DNA from: an uncultured virus (IMG/VR IMGVR_UViG_3300011712_000002)
Taxonomy: Duplodnaviria > Heunggongvirae > Uroviricota > Caudoviricetes
DNA: 64,000 nt
Direction: 5' to 3' (one strand)
Virus record (IMG/VR): IMGVR_UViG_3300011712_000002
Part shown: one piece after another, positions 49,220 to 58,603 of the stretch
How positions within the stretch are numbered: the stretch's first letter is position 1
Layout: the number at the start of each line of letters is the position of its first letter
Translations under genes and position numbers: made by a program
Notes under the pieces: model-generated
Told to the model about the DNA's origin: nothing
Database searches by the model: none
Seen by the model: the letters and a program-made list of their open reading frames with translations, nothing else

Positions 49220-50497
49220 CTATCGTGAGCCACCAAGAATAACACGACTTTTAACCGGAAATCTTCTATGAATTGGATAGCCGAGGGCGTCAGCGCTATG
49301 CTCTACACCACCTGACTTGTCCATATCACGCGAACCCGGTTTGTAGATCACCTTTTCCAGCGATTCAATCAGTCCCTTACACTTCGGGCTGATATAAAGT
49401 CTCACATCTCCAGACGCGGTCATCAGCATACGGTTTACTGCATTCACACGGTCAGCGATCGGCGGGTGCTTCTTCGGGTGATCGATGCGCAGAAAACCCT
49501 TCTCCTTAAAGATGTCCACATCCGATTCACCGCGCGCATGTTGTCGGTATGCGCCTGCAGGGTCTGGGAAGATTGTTACCTGAGACTTCGATCGCCAGTA
49601 CCGGCGTTCCAGCTCATCACATACCTCTGCGGTGTTTGAAGAATACAGCACCAGCTCATCCACCGCCCAAACTTCACCATTCGGCTGCGGCTGCAGGATG
49701 ACCGAGGACATTGGATCGATGTTAAAGTCCTGACCAACCCAGATAGGCAGCTTCGGATTAAAGGCCACATCCTTAACATGCGTTTTGCGGTCGAACGGGT
49801 AATACACGCGACCTGACATGTTCTCAAACGACGCAAGGTATTCCTGAGCGAATGNNNNNNNNNNNNNNNNNNNNNNNNNNNNNNNNNNNNNNNNNNNNNN
49901 NNNNNNNNNNNNNNNNNNNNNNNNNNNNNNNNNNNNNNNNNNNNNNNNNNNNNNNCTCTTCCACTGTCCCTTCTTCTGCAAATCTTCGTTTTGCCCGATC
50001 GTCCAAAGTTTATGGAACTCAGAGAAGCCTTTCGGTGTGCCGATAATTAGCGCACCACCGCGGGTAGAAGACAGCGTTGGACGCAATACCTTGTACCAGG
50101 TGTCAGGCTTCATATCCTGGAACTCGTCAAGCACGACAAAGTTCAACGCAACACCACGCAATGTATCTGGCTTATCCGCACCTTTTAGTGCAATTTCCGA
50201 ACCGTTCTTGAGAACGATCGTCATTGTGGTGTCGTTCTTTTTAGCCACCCATTTGCGCGGGATTGTCTCCTGAAGGTCATCCCACAAAATCTGCCTGGCC
50301 ATCTGATACGTTGGCGCTACGTACCAAACACGCTGTTTGCGGCCAGAAGCGGCCGCACGAATAATTTTAGAAATTGACAGTCGAGACTTACCCCAGCGTC
50401 GGCCAGCACACACCACTTTGAAACGATGGGGTGATTGGAACACTGACATCTGCCCAGAATGCAGCTGAATCAAGCTCAGCGATGACGGGATGGCCAT
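49220..50497 (-). CDS. Terminase large subunit (N-gap 49855-49955)
   Basis: GRRWGKS, VVLDEF, GTPKG, GQDFN, HSADALGY. Confidence 0.93.
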   Translation of the reverse strand: MAIPSSLSLIQLHSGQMSVFQSPHRFKVVCAGRRWGKSRLSISKIIRAAASGRKQRVWYVAPTYQMARQILWDDLQETIPRKWVAKKNDTTMTIVLKNGSEIALKGADKPDTLRGVALNFVVLDEFQDMKPDTWYKVLRPTLSSTRGGALIIGTPKGFSEFHKLWTIGQNEDLQKKGQWKXXXXXXXXXXXXXXXXXXXXXXXXXXXXXXXXXXXFAQEYLASFENMSGRVYYPFDRKTHVKDVAFNPKLPIWVGQDFNIDPMSSVILQPQPNGEVWAVDELVLYSSNTAEVCDELERRYWRSKSQVTIFPDPAGAYRQHARGESDVDIFKEKGFLRIDHPKKHPPIADRVNAVNRMLMTASGDVRLYISPKCKGLIESLEKVIYKPGSRDMDKSGGVEHSADALGYPIHRRFPVKSRVILGGSR

Positions 50498-50499
50498 GG

Positions 50500-51138
50500 T
50501 TATGCTTCCCCACTATCATCGTCAGCTTCACTCTCCAAAACGCTCTCAGCGTCTTTTGCTGCTTCCTCTTCAAGTGCCTCAAGCTCATCATCGTCAATCA
50601 GATCTGGTTCTTCTGATTTACGCAGCTCTGCCACCTGATTTGGTGTCAATTCGCCGAACACCAGGTTCGGGATTTCGTCGGCCAAACCTTCGTCTTTATC
50701 CATGCCCAGGGCTTTGGATGACACATCAAAGCACTTAGCCAGAATATTGCTGGCTCGCTGAATTGACTTTAGATCGCCCTCGATAACAGCAAGCGATGTG
50801 CCTTTGGACTTCGCCTCGGCAACCTGACCCATCGCCATTCTGCCAAGTGTGAATGCCCAGCTGTCATACTTGTTACGACGATCATCAATTTTGTCGGCGC
50901 GCTCTTTAGCGCGGATCTCTGCGTCTGACTTCAGGGATTCGCGCACCATCTTGCCAACTGAGTCGGCTCCTTTGGCCAAACCCTTCTTTTTGAAATAACG
51001 AGAGAAGGTCTCGCGGCGCAGCCCATACTCGTCTTCCAATCTGGAAAGCGTGTACTCGCCGGACGCCCATTTCGCCTCGATCTCCGCCCACATAGCTGGC
51101 GTGACCTTGACCTTTACCTCTTCAGCTTCGGTCGTCAT
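50500..51138 (-). CDS. Terminase small subunit (probable)
   Basis: N-terminal HTH, acidic tail, directly upstream of terL. Confidence 0.7.
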   Translation of the reverse strand: MTTEAEEVKVKVTPAMWAEIEAKWASGEYTLSRLEDEYGLRRETFSRYFKKKGLAKGADSVGKMVRESLKSDAEIRAKERADKIDDRRNKYDSWAFTLGRMAMGQVAEAKSKGTSLAVIEGDLKSIQRASNILAKCFDVSSKALGMDKDEGLADEIPNLVFGELTPNQVAELRKSEEPDLIDDDELEALEEEAAKDAESVLESEADDDSGEA

Positions 51139-51318
51139 AGTTCCATCTACCTTAATGTTGGCACATCCTTGCACCAACCTTTTAAAACATAAGAAAACAA
51201 TTTATTTACTACATGCTGATTTTGCGGGATTTATCGGTAACGTCAACCGTTGTTTTATGTTGCATCAGGTAAAAAAAAAGCTAAGAATGGCGAAGAATTC
51301 TCCAAAGAGGTGACACTT

Positions 51319-52212
51319 ATGTTTTATAAGCGTTTTTCACGACGTCGCAATGAAGCTTTGGGAAACATTGAAGATGTTTATAGTTATGATGATATTCCAA
51401 TAGAAGCTAGGGTGCAGATTGCAACTTTGTGGGGTAAAATCATCCACAAAGAATCAAATTTAGATGTTGCGCTATATAGATTCATATGCGAAGAACTAGG
51501 TGTGCATAGCTTACCAGTTACAAGCAGGAAGAACAGTTGGGGAGATCCAGACCTATTTGCTGATTTGGTTAATTTCTTTTGCCACTCTCGCGAATGTGAC
51601 GGCGAAGTTTGCATCGATATATTAGACATGGTTAGTTTTGTTTTTTATATAACCTTTTCTCAATATAGAATGTCAGAACTTCAGCCAATTTTTGATAAAA
51701 TAAACTTTCGACTTCAATCTCATGGTGTTGGTTATAGAGTTGAGGAAGGTCATTTAATTCGGTTAGATACTGAATTTGCTCACTCTGAAATTATCAAACC
51801 CAGCATAGCTACACTTGGCTCATCGAAAAAATATCAAAGCGCTTTTGAACAATTTATACAAGCTTTTGATCATTACAAAGCAAACAAACTTGAAGAAGCC
51901 ATTGTCTCTGCTTGTAAAGCGTATGAGTCCACTCTCAAAATAATACTCAAAGACCATGGCATAGCCCTTAATGGGAATGAGACAATCAGTCAACTAGTAC
52001 CAAAGTTATTTTCTATTGATGGCATTCCACCATTCCTTCAGGATGGAAACCTAAAACTTTCAGGAATGCTTCAAGCATACATAGGGACAATAAGAAACAA
52101 GATTGCGGCTCATGGCTCAGATGAGCCTAGAAACGTCGAAATTGAACTTGTTAGCTTCATGATAAATTTAACTGGTTCTAACATAACGTTTCTTACTAAG
52201 GTATTCCGTTAA
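51319..52212 (+). CDS. AbiJ/STM4504-like abortive-infection protein with HEPN-like C-terminus
   Basis: AT-rich, opposite strand; ACKAYESTLKII...IRNKIAAHG (R-x5-H). Confidence 0.7.
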   Translation: MFYKRFSRRRNEALGNIEDVYSYDDIPIEARVQIATLWGKIIHKESNLDVALYRFICEELGVHSLPVTSRKNSWGDPDLFADLVNFFCHSRECDGEVCIDILDMVSFVFYITFSQYRMSELQPIFDKINFRLQSHGVGYRVEEGHLIRLDTEFAHSEIIKPSIATLGSSKKYQSAFEQFIQAFDHYKANKLEEAIVSACKAYESTLKIILKDHGIALNGNETISQLVPKLFSIDGIPPFLQDGNLKLSGMLQAYIGTIRNKIAAHGSDEPRNVEIELVSFMINLTGSNITFLTKVFR

Positions 52213-52274
52213 AAGACCTGCTTCTGTATATTTAAATAACCATCAATTATTTATTTATGGGAAGCAGGTCTTTT
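52211..52274. repeat. 57-bp inverted-repeat element, copy 2
   Basis: AAAAGACCTGCTTC...GAAGCAGGTCTTTT perfect 14-bp arms. Confidence 0.75.
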
Positions 52275-52275
52275 C

Positions 52276-52542
52276 TCATGCCATCATCAGCTTTACACTT
52301 GCCCTGCCCATAATGGTCAGACCGAGGGTGCGACGCTGGTAGCCATCCTCACTGCGCGCTCGAAACTCACCTTTCTCGACAAGCCCCTTTTTAATCAGCG
52401 CTCGAAGAGAGAACTGCATACTCTGCTTTGTGGTTTTGTATCGCAGAACCTCCAGCAACTCATCGAGGTCAAGTAAATGGCCGCGATCGTGGCCAAGGTA
52501 AATGGTGCGCAGAATATCTTTCTGCTTATCTGTCAAAATCAT
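52276..52542 (-). CDS. Winged-helix DNA-binding protein
   Basis: LTDKQKDIL...LRALIKKGLVEK...LTIMG. Confidence 0.75.
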   Translation of the reverse strand: MILTDKQKDILRTIYLGHDRGHLLDLDELLEVLRYKTTKQSMQFSLRALIKKGLVEKGEFRARSEDGYQRRTLGLTIMGRASVKLMMA

Positions 52543-52554
52543 TTGCTCGCTTCC

Positions 52555-53422
52555 TTACGAGATACGCGCCAGATCCAGCGGCGCATTTAATGGTTGGTTG
52601 TCGAATGCCAGTAGTGGCAACACGTCAGGCAATTCCCTGCCAAAGTCCGGGTTGCGGTAAACACCATAGAGCGGCGACGTAAAGCTAAGGTTGTGAATGT
52701 CCTTCAGCAATTTCACGATACTGGCTTCATCCACCAGCGAATCAGCGATGTCCTGCACTGTTGTGCCTCGGTTGCGCCCAGCTTTCGCCAACGATGAGTT
52801 CTTGTGGTAGTCGGCAACGAGATCCACCAGCGCGCGGCGGCGGCGATTCTCGCTCATCGAGAACAGCTCTTTCACAATGCTCTCATTGTCGCCAGGGTCG
52901 GCACGGAAATGCCGCTGGAATACGCGCAGCGCACTTTCGTAACTCTTCGGACGCTCTGGTCGAATAAACTGATAGCCTGCCTTCATCGCAAACGGGTTGT
53001 ATTTGCTCATCGAGGACTGGATTTCGATGATCGGCCTGTTGTGCATTCGGCTCACCAGGTTAATCATGCGATATGAAACACCCACGCCACGGTATTGGGT
53101 GTCCACCACTGAACGGCTGATCACAGCGAAATTGTTATTCACGTAACGCCCCCAGAACTGATTGGCCACCGTCGTGTTAGTGGTGGGCTTCAGTTTGGGG
53201 AACATGCGGTGACGCGGCGCCAGAAGCAATTTGGGAAAAGCCACAACAACAACGCCCACCAGCCGACCATCAAGCTCGCAGCGGTAATAGGTTGGTGCGA
53301 ATGGTTTGCCGTCAGTTTNNNNNNNNNNCCACAGTGCCGCGCGTCACAGTCATACGCTCCAGAAAATCCAAATGCTTCGGAAACTCTTCAGGCTTGTAGC
53401 GTTTGATGGTTACGTCGTTCAT
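52555..53422 (-). CDS. GNAT-fold protein of the ABC-ATPase module (N-gap 53319-53328)
   Basis: ISRSVVDTQYRGVGV, NPFAMKAG; manual extension across the gap to ATG 53422 (MNDVTIKRY...). Confidence 0.75.
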
Positions 53423-53976
53423 CGCACCACCTTCCGACTGCCATAACCACCGCGACGAATGGTTGAGGGGTGTCGCGTCACAATATCCTCGATCGCCGGC
53501 AAACCACCCGCCTTCTTGTCGGCCAAGAACTTAACGCGAGCCTTCACGAACTCTTCAACGATGTAGCCCTGAAGATAAGTGAAAGCCTCCTGATCTGAAG
53601 GCATCAAATCATGGTGTTGACCAGTGATAAGCGCGATGTGCAAGGCTTCGTGCCAGTAAACCGACTCATTGTAGTTTTCAGGCAGATATACGCAGTGAAC
53701 ATTGGTGTCGTACTGGATATAGCCCAGGTCAGTGACCATGCCACCAACCCCTGCCACATATTCACTTTCATCCAGCCCATAGAGCTGTTTGATCACCTCC
53801 ACATAGCGTTTCTCACCAAAAACCACAACGCAGCGGTTGTAATATGGGGCGACACGGAAACCGTAGGCGCCATGGGCACGAAGCCAATCTTGCCATTCTG
53901 CCTCGTGTGTCCAGCGGCGGCGCAGCTCAGCCCCTTCATAAATCGGGAAAGCCTTTTTAAGCTGCCTAATCCACCT
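53419..53976 (-). CDS. HEXXH metallopeptidase-like protein (5' start unclear)
   Basis: WHEALH motif; frame is open to 53976 but has no ATG/GTG/TTG before 53826. Confidence 0.6.
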   Translation of the reverse strand, partial: RWIRQLKKAFPIYEGAELRRRWTHEAEWQDWLRAHGAYGFRVAPYYNRCVVVFGEKRYVEVIKQLYGLDESEYVAGVGGMVTDLGYIQYDTNVHCVYLPENYNESVYWHEALHIALITGQHHDLMPSDQEAFTYLQGYIVEEFVKARVKFLADKKAGGLPAIEDIVTRHPSTIRRGGYGSRKVVR

Positions 53977-54598
53977 TCACACGCTCTTTGTAGTGCTTGG
54001 TGATCTGCACATCCGGGCGCAGAGCATTTTTGAGGTCTTCATGCGTGGTTGCCACCATGACAGTTGCCCCGGCTTTGCGCGCCGCGCGCTGGAGATTGGA
54101 TGCAACCACCCTGGCAGTTACTCGATCCAGAACAGCGCCAAACTCATCAGCAACCCATACCTTTGCGCCGGTTTCGATTAGCTTTGCGATTTTCAGGCGG
54201 TAACGCTGGCCGTCTGACATCTCAGAAGGTTTGCGAACAAACAAATAGGCATCGTTAAGCCCAGCCATAGAGAGAAGACCTAACGCCTCGCTGGTGGTCT
54301 TGCCCAACTGGTCGATGACGTTCTTACTGTCGTCAAAGGCAAAGTCTTCGATCGACGCAACATCCTGCCCCTCTTCCTTCATCAAACGCTGAAGTTCACG
54401 CAACACGACTGATTTGCCAGAGCCTGATTGACCGGTAATGTACACGACATCACCGCCCCTGATTTCCAGCTCCAGGTTGTCATAAAGCGACCACGCCTTT
54501 TCATCAAGGCCCAGGCCAAATGACTCTGCGATCTCCAGTGTTCGAGTGGTTTTAGTTACACGCGTTTGGAAAGCTACATTGATGAGGTAATTGCTCAT
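53966..54598 (-). CDS. Soluble ABC-family ATPase
   Basis: GQSGSGKS, MSDGQ signature, VADEF, ATTH. Confidence 0.9.
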   Translation of the reverse strand: MSNYLINVAFQTRVTKTTRTLEIAESFGLGLDEKAWSLYDNLELEIRGGDVVYITGQSGSGKSVVLRELQRLMKEEGQDVASIEDFAFDDSKNVIDQLGKTTSEALGLLSMAGLNDAYLFVRKPSEMSDGQRYRLKIAKLIETGAKVWVADEFGAVLDRVTARVVASNLQRAARKAGATVMVATTHEDLKNALRPDVQITKHYKERVKVD

Positions 54599-55280
54599 TC
54601 CTCCTCCTCTTCAACAGCTTCCTGAGAAACANNNNNNNNNNCTTCGCATAAGCCACAAATGCTTCTGCCCCGCTCTCTCCCGTCACCTCTTCCATGTGGG
54701 CGAGCAAATCCCCAACAACCAGCGCAGAGCCAGCAGGGAGCGTTTTAAAGCCCAGCACGTCGATTACTCGCAATTCTGATTCCGCCACTTCCCGGGATAT
54801 CTCTTCATGCTCTTCATGCTGGCGCACTGATTCATGCCCCAAATCCATCACCAGAGAGTCGGTGGCCATGTCTTCCGTCATGCTGCCAACCAAAACGCTC
54901 AGCTCACGCTCATCGAAGCCAATTACAACCTCATCGCCCAGCACCAGCTCTTCCAGCTCTTTTTGCAGCTTAATGGCGTCATAATCGGTGCTGGCCAGGC
55001 GGTTGTCTTCCAGACGCTTCGCGCGAACAGAGACCTCGTCGAGATCGGCTCGGATAATTACCGGCACCAGCTCAAGCCCAGCATAAATTGCAGCCTCTCG
55101 GCGGCCGTGACCGGTGATGATCACCATGTCTTTATCAACGGTAATTGGCTGGTCAAAACCGCGCTTGGAAATTGCCGCAGCCAAATCACGAATCTGGGTT
55201 TCGTCGTGTTTTTTGGCATTGGCCTCATATGGAACCAGAGTTTTAGGGTCGAGATACACGATCTCAAATGGGGTGCTCAT
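54552..55280 (-). CDS. ParB/Srx N-terminal-domain protein 2 (N-gap near the 3' end)
   Basis: PYEANAKKH, GFDQPI, ITGHGR, EDNRL. Confidence 0.85.
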   Translation of the reverse strand: MSTPFEIVYLDPKTLVPYEANAKKHDETQIRDLAAAISKRGFDQPITVDKDMVIITGHGRREAAIYAGLELVPVIIRADLDEVSVRAKRLEDNRLASTDYDAIKLQKELEELVLGDEVVIGFDERELSVLVGSMTEDMATDSLVMDLGHESVRQHEEHEEISREVAESELRVIDVLGFKTLPAGSALVVGDLLAHMEEVTGESGAEAFVAYAKXXXXFLRKLLKRRRNEQLPHQCSFPNACN

Positions 55281-55978
55281 CAGTTACGTTCCTTGTAAAA
55301 GTCTGCGAGCCACACCAGGGCTTCTCCAGCGTCTTCCATGTCGCTGCCAGTATTAATGCCCTGCTCGGCAATGATCGATTTAATGGCTGTAGTGACTGAA
55401 TCAGCAGAGTCGAAGGTGACTTTGAAGCGCATCGTTTGGTGCTCCACACCCAAACGCTCAATCTTCTCGCGTTTATCCTCTTCTGCCGCTTTCTCATCGC
55501 CATCAGTCAGTCGCTCCAGTTCCGCCATATCGAAAGCCGCAGTTCGGGCCAGTGTCGCTGCCATCTCGTCATCAAATGGAGCGATTTCTGAAAGGCTAAA
55601 GCCAGTTTCTGACTGGATTTCTTCAATCAGACGTTGCAAAGCAAGTTGATCGTCTTCACCGTAGCGCTCGTTATCGACCAGAGACATTTGCTTCGCCACC
55701 ACGTCGCTGATCTGACCAACGGTGATAACTGGCACAGTGTCAATGCCCTGCTCAATGGCGGCGCGCCAGCGGTGTTCACCACCGAGGATCTGGAATGAGC
55801 CATCTGGCAGCTCGCGAGCCAGGATCGGTTTAAAGAAACCCAGGCGGTCGATTGAGCCTTTCAGCTTTTCAAAATTCTGAAGACCCACGGCGTTTGTATT
55901 CCACGGGTTTGGCTGCAGTCGCCCTACTTCCACCTGCAAGATGTTAATTTTTACGTCCATGTTTTTGATATGATCCAT
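55280..55978 (-). CDS. ParB/Srx N-terminal-domain protein 1
   Basis: PNPWNTN, GFFKPI, GGEHRW, DNERYG. Confidence 0.85.
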   Translation of the reverse strand: MDHIKNMDVKINILQVEVGRLQPNPWNTNAVGLQNFEKLKGSIDRLGFFKPILARELPDGSFQILGGEHRWRAAIEQGIDTVPVITVGQISDVVAKQMSLVDNERYGEDDQLALQRLIEEIQSETGFSLSEIAPFDDEMAATLARTAAFDMAELERLTDGDEKAAEEDKREKIERLGVEHQTMRFKVTFDSADSVTTAIKSIIAEQGINTGSDMEDAGEALVWLADFYKERN

Positions 55979-56042
55979 TAAGTAACCAACTACTTATTAA
56001 ATCATAGACTGTTAGCACAATAAAGGCACTAAGGAAAGACAC

Positions 56043-57617
56043 ATGAGCGTTAGAATTGTATCAAACGCAGTGAACGCGTTAATTTCAGGGGCGGATGACA
56101 ACGTAAAAAAGATAGTTCAGGACATGTTGAGCTACGATGTTGATGGCGCCTCATTTTCAGGTAGTGGTGGATGGGATGGTCGCAGCACCATGTTCAACTG
56201 GTCAAAATGCTCGTTTCCGGCTGGATTTGCTCGATCTATCGCAGCAAAGCTAAACCGGGCTGGTATTCCTGCAACTCACATTCGGAAACCGATGGTTTCT
56301 GCTCTTGGCAAGCCAAATCCCGCGGTTAACCCATTCCCCTACAATCCAGACTACGCATATCAAGATCAGACTGTTGAAACCATGGTAAAAGTGGGCGGGA
56401 TGATTGCCCAGGTCGCAACCGGTGGCGGAAAATCGAATATAGCCTGCAAGGCAGCTGCACGTATCGGTCGTATGACGCTGTTCATTACGACTCGATCTGT
56501 CCTAATGTTCCAAATGGCAGATAACTTTCAAAAATCCATCGACTATCGCGCTGATAATGGCGAGCCGTGGCTTAAGGGGCAGAAGGTTGGTGTGATTGGC
56601 TCGGGCGAACTGAAGGTATCACGTCATATCAACGTTGCGACCGTTCAAACACTCTCCAGTTTTATAAATGAGCCTGGTTCTGACCTCTCTCCCGAGAAAC
56701 GCGCCCAGCACCTCAAGCGAAGAGAGCTTATTAAACAGCTGCTTGCCAGCGTTTCCCTCCTTATTTTGGAAGAAGCGCACGAATCATCCGGCTCCAGCTT
56801 TTACGACATCGCCAGACTCTGTCACAACGCTGATTATCGTCTGGCTTTGACCGCTACTCCGTTTATGAAAGATTCCACGGAAGCCAACATGCGATTGATG
56901 GCTGTTGCCGGCCGAATTGAGATAAAGGTGACGGAAAAATATTTGATTGATAAAGGTATTTTGGCAAAACCCTACTTCTTATATCATAAAATCGCGTACA
57001 CTCCAGATGAGGCTAGGATTAAGGCTGAACTTGCATCAAAACACCTGAATTTCCGGGTTGTTATGAGCACGCCATACCAAAAGGCGTACCAACTAGGCAT
57101 CGTTTATAACCTAAACCGTAATGCAGCGATTGTTCGTGCCGCTGTAATGTATAGGTCACACAAGTTAAACTGTATGACGTTGGTAAAGCACAAAAGGCAT
57201 GGTCAGATCTTAATGGAGATGATGCAGGCAGAGGGGTTGCGGGTTGACTTCATTTACGGTGAATCATCCCAGAAAGTACGACAAGCAAAATTGCAGAGCC
57301 TGGCTGCAGGCAAAATAGACATTCTCATTGGCTCCACCATACTCGATGTAGGCGTTGATGTCCCAAGTGTGGGCGCGGTGATCCTGGCTGGTGGTGGAAA
57401 GGCAGAAGTCGAGATGCGTCAGCGTGTCGGACGCGGTCTACGTGCTAAAAAGAATCAGGCAAATGTTTGTTTTATCTCTGACTTTATTGATAGTTCCAAT
57501 AAGTACCTGATGTCTCATTCCTACGAGCGCAAAAACATCATTGACACTACACCCGGCTTCGCTGAAGGCGTGTTACCGGTCGATGGGAAGTTTGATTTTA
57601 ATGTTCTGGGCAACTGA
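56043..57617 (+). CDS. SF2 DEAD/DEAH-like helicase
   Basis: ATGGGKS, EEAH, LTATP, GVDVP, QRVGRGLR. Confidence 0.92.
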   Translation: MSVRIVSNAVNALISGADDNVKKIVQDMLSYDVDGASFSGSGGWDGRSTMFNWSKCSFPAGFARSIAAKLNRAGIPATHIRKPMVSALGKPNPAVNPFPYNPDYAYQDQTVETMVKVGGMIAQVATGGGKSNIACKAAARIGRMTLFITTRSVLMFQMADNFQKSIDYRADNGEPWLKGQKVGVIGSGELKVSRHINVATVQTLSSFINEPGSDLSPEKRAQHLKRRELIKQLLASVSLLILEEAHESSGSSFYDIARLCHNADYRLALTATPFMKDSTEANMRLMAVAGRIEIKVTEKYLIDKGILAKPYFLYHKIAYTPDEARIKAELASKHLNFRVVMSTPYQKAYQLGIVYNLNRNAAIVRAAVMYRSHKLNCMTLVKHKRHGQILMEMMQAEGLRVDFIYGESSQKVRQAKLQSLAAGKIDILIGSTILDVGVDVPSVGAVILAGGGKAEVEMRQRVGRGLRAKKNQANVCFISDFIDSSNKYLMSHSYERKNIIDTTPGFAEGVLPVDGKFDFNVLGN

Positions 57618-57620
57618 TAC

Positions 57621-57926
57621 ATGGAAAAACCAAAACCTGTTTTTTGCCAGGTCGCTTTGAGTCCTCGCGCTAACGACAAAGTCGAAGCGTTCAAAGACAA
57701 ACTCAAAGAATCTGGCGTCAAGATGACCAAGTCTGAGGTAATCGACATGATCATCGCAGAAGTAAATATGGCCGACTTCGCGCGGTACTCGAAAAGGGCA
57801 ATGGCCACCAGTAAAGCCGCACAAAGGATTATTGAACTGTACAACACCACCGACATGACCGAAGAAGATCGGGATATTCTGCTCGCTGGTTTGGAACACT
57901 CAAACACCCCAGAACCGAAGCCTTAA
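57621..57926 (+). CDS. Small hypothetical protein (possibly RHH DNA-binding)
   Basis: 101 aa with TKSEVIDMII; follows the helicase. Confidence 0.65.
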   Translation: MEKPKPVFCQVALSPRANDKVEAFKDKLKESGVKMTKSEVIDMIIAEVNMADFARYSKRAMATSKAAQRIIELYNTTDMTEEDRDILLAGLEHSNTPEPKP

Positions 57927-58026
57927 CTTCACAATGGGCTGGTCTCGACCAGCCCGCTACCTCGGCATCTCCCCACCTCAATTAGATTGCGTGTTACCCT
58001 ACTCAAAACACTTATTCGGACACTAG

Positions 58027-58563
58027 ATGACTATCACCGACATTACATATGGCATACCTGCTGAGGTCTGGCCGCGAGATTACAAAGATGTTGAGCGCTC
58101 GCTTCAGTATTACCGCGCTAAGCGTGTTCCTGTAAAAGTGTCTTTAGAGGATGGCCAGGTATTCTCTCTCTTCGTATATGGACTGCTGTCAGCGCGCAAC
58201 AAACTTGACCTGACACCGAGATTCGACGCCAATGATCATCGCGTTCGTGTGCCGCTAGAGCGTGTGGCGACGATTGAGACAATTAAGCAAGAAGAGGTGC
58301 AGACGAACTTTGAAGGCAGAATGACGATCAATGCTGATGATCACCAAAATCAGCCATCAAAGCGCGACTTCTTTAAAATTTGTCGCCAGGCGCATCAAAG
58401 CGAAAAGCTGATTCGCGTGTACATGGCCGATGGCAGAGAATTAGAAGGCGAATCAGCGGGTGTCACTGCCTGCCAAGTGAATATCCGACAAGAAGGCGGC
58501 AAGCAGGTGGTGGTGCTATTCGATTGGGTTGACCGCATCATTCCATTTGAGACAAATCAGTAA
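58027..58563 (+). CDS. Tandem Sm/Hfq-like domain protein
   Basis: YRAKRVPVKVSLEDG and LIRVYMADGRELEG...VDRIIP resemble the Hfq Sm motifs. Confidence 0.55.
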   Translation: MTITDITYGIPAEVWPRDYKDVERSLQYYRAKRVPVKVSLEDGQVFSLFVYGLLSARNKLDLTPRFDANDHRVRVPLERVATIETIKQEEVQTNFEGRMTINADDHQNQPSKRDFFKICRQAHQSEKLIRVYMADGRELEGESAGVTACQVNIRQEGGKQVVVLFDWVDRIIPFETNQ

Positions 58564-58603
58564 CCTTCATTACGATGTCTTACGCAAAAGGAATCTAAAG
58601 CAA

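Noticed and set aside
53826..53976. Missing start codon of the HEXXH gene as non-AUG initiation
   Set aside because: Cannot be distinguished from a small assembly deletion at the junction with the ABC ATPase gene
53966..54598. ABC transporter
   Set aside because: No permease or substrate-binding protein nearby
16654..54641. Split genes at N-runs (16654, 22889, 26492, 49855, 53319, 54632)
   Set aside because: These are scaffold gaps, not biology; the reading frames continue sensibly on both sides
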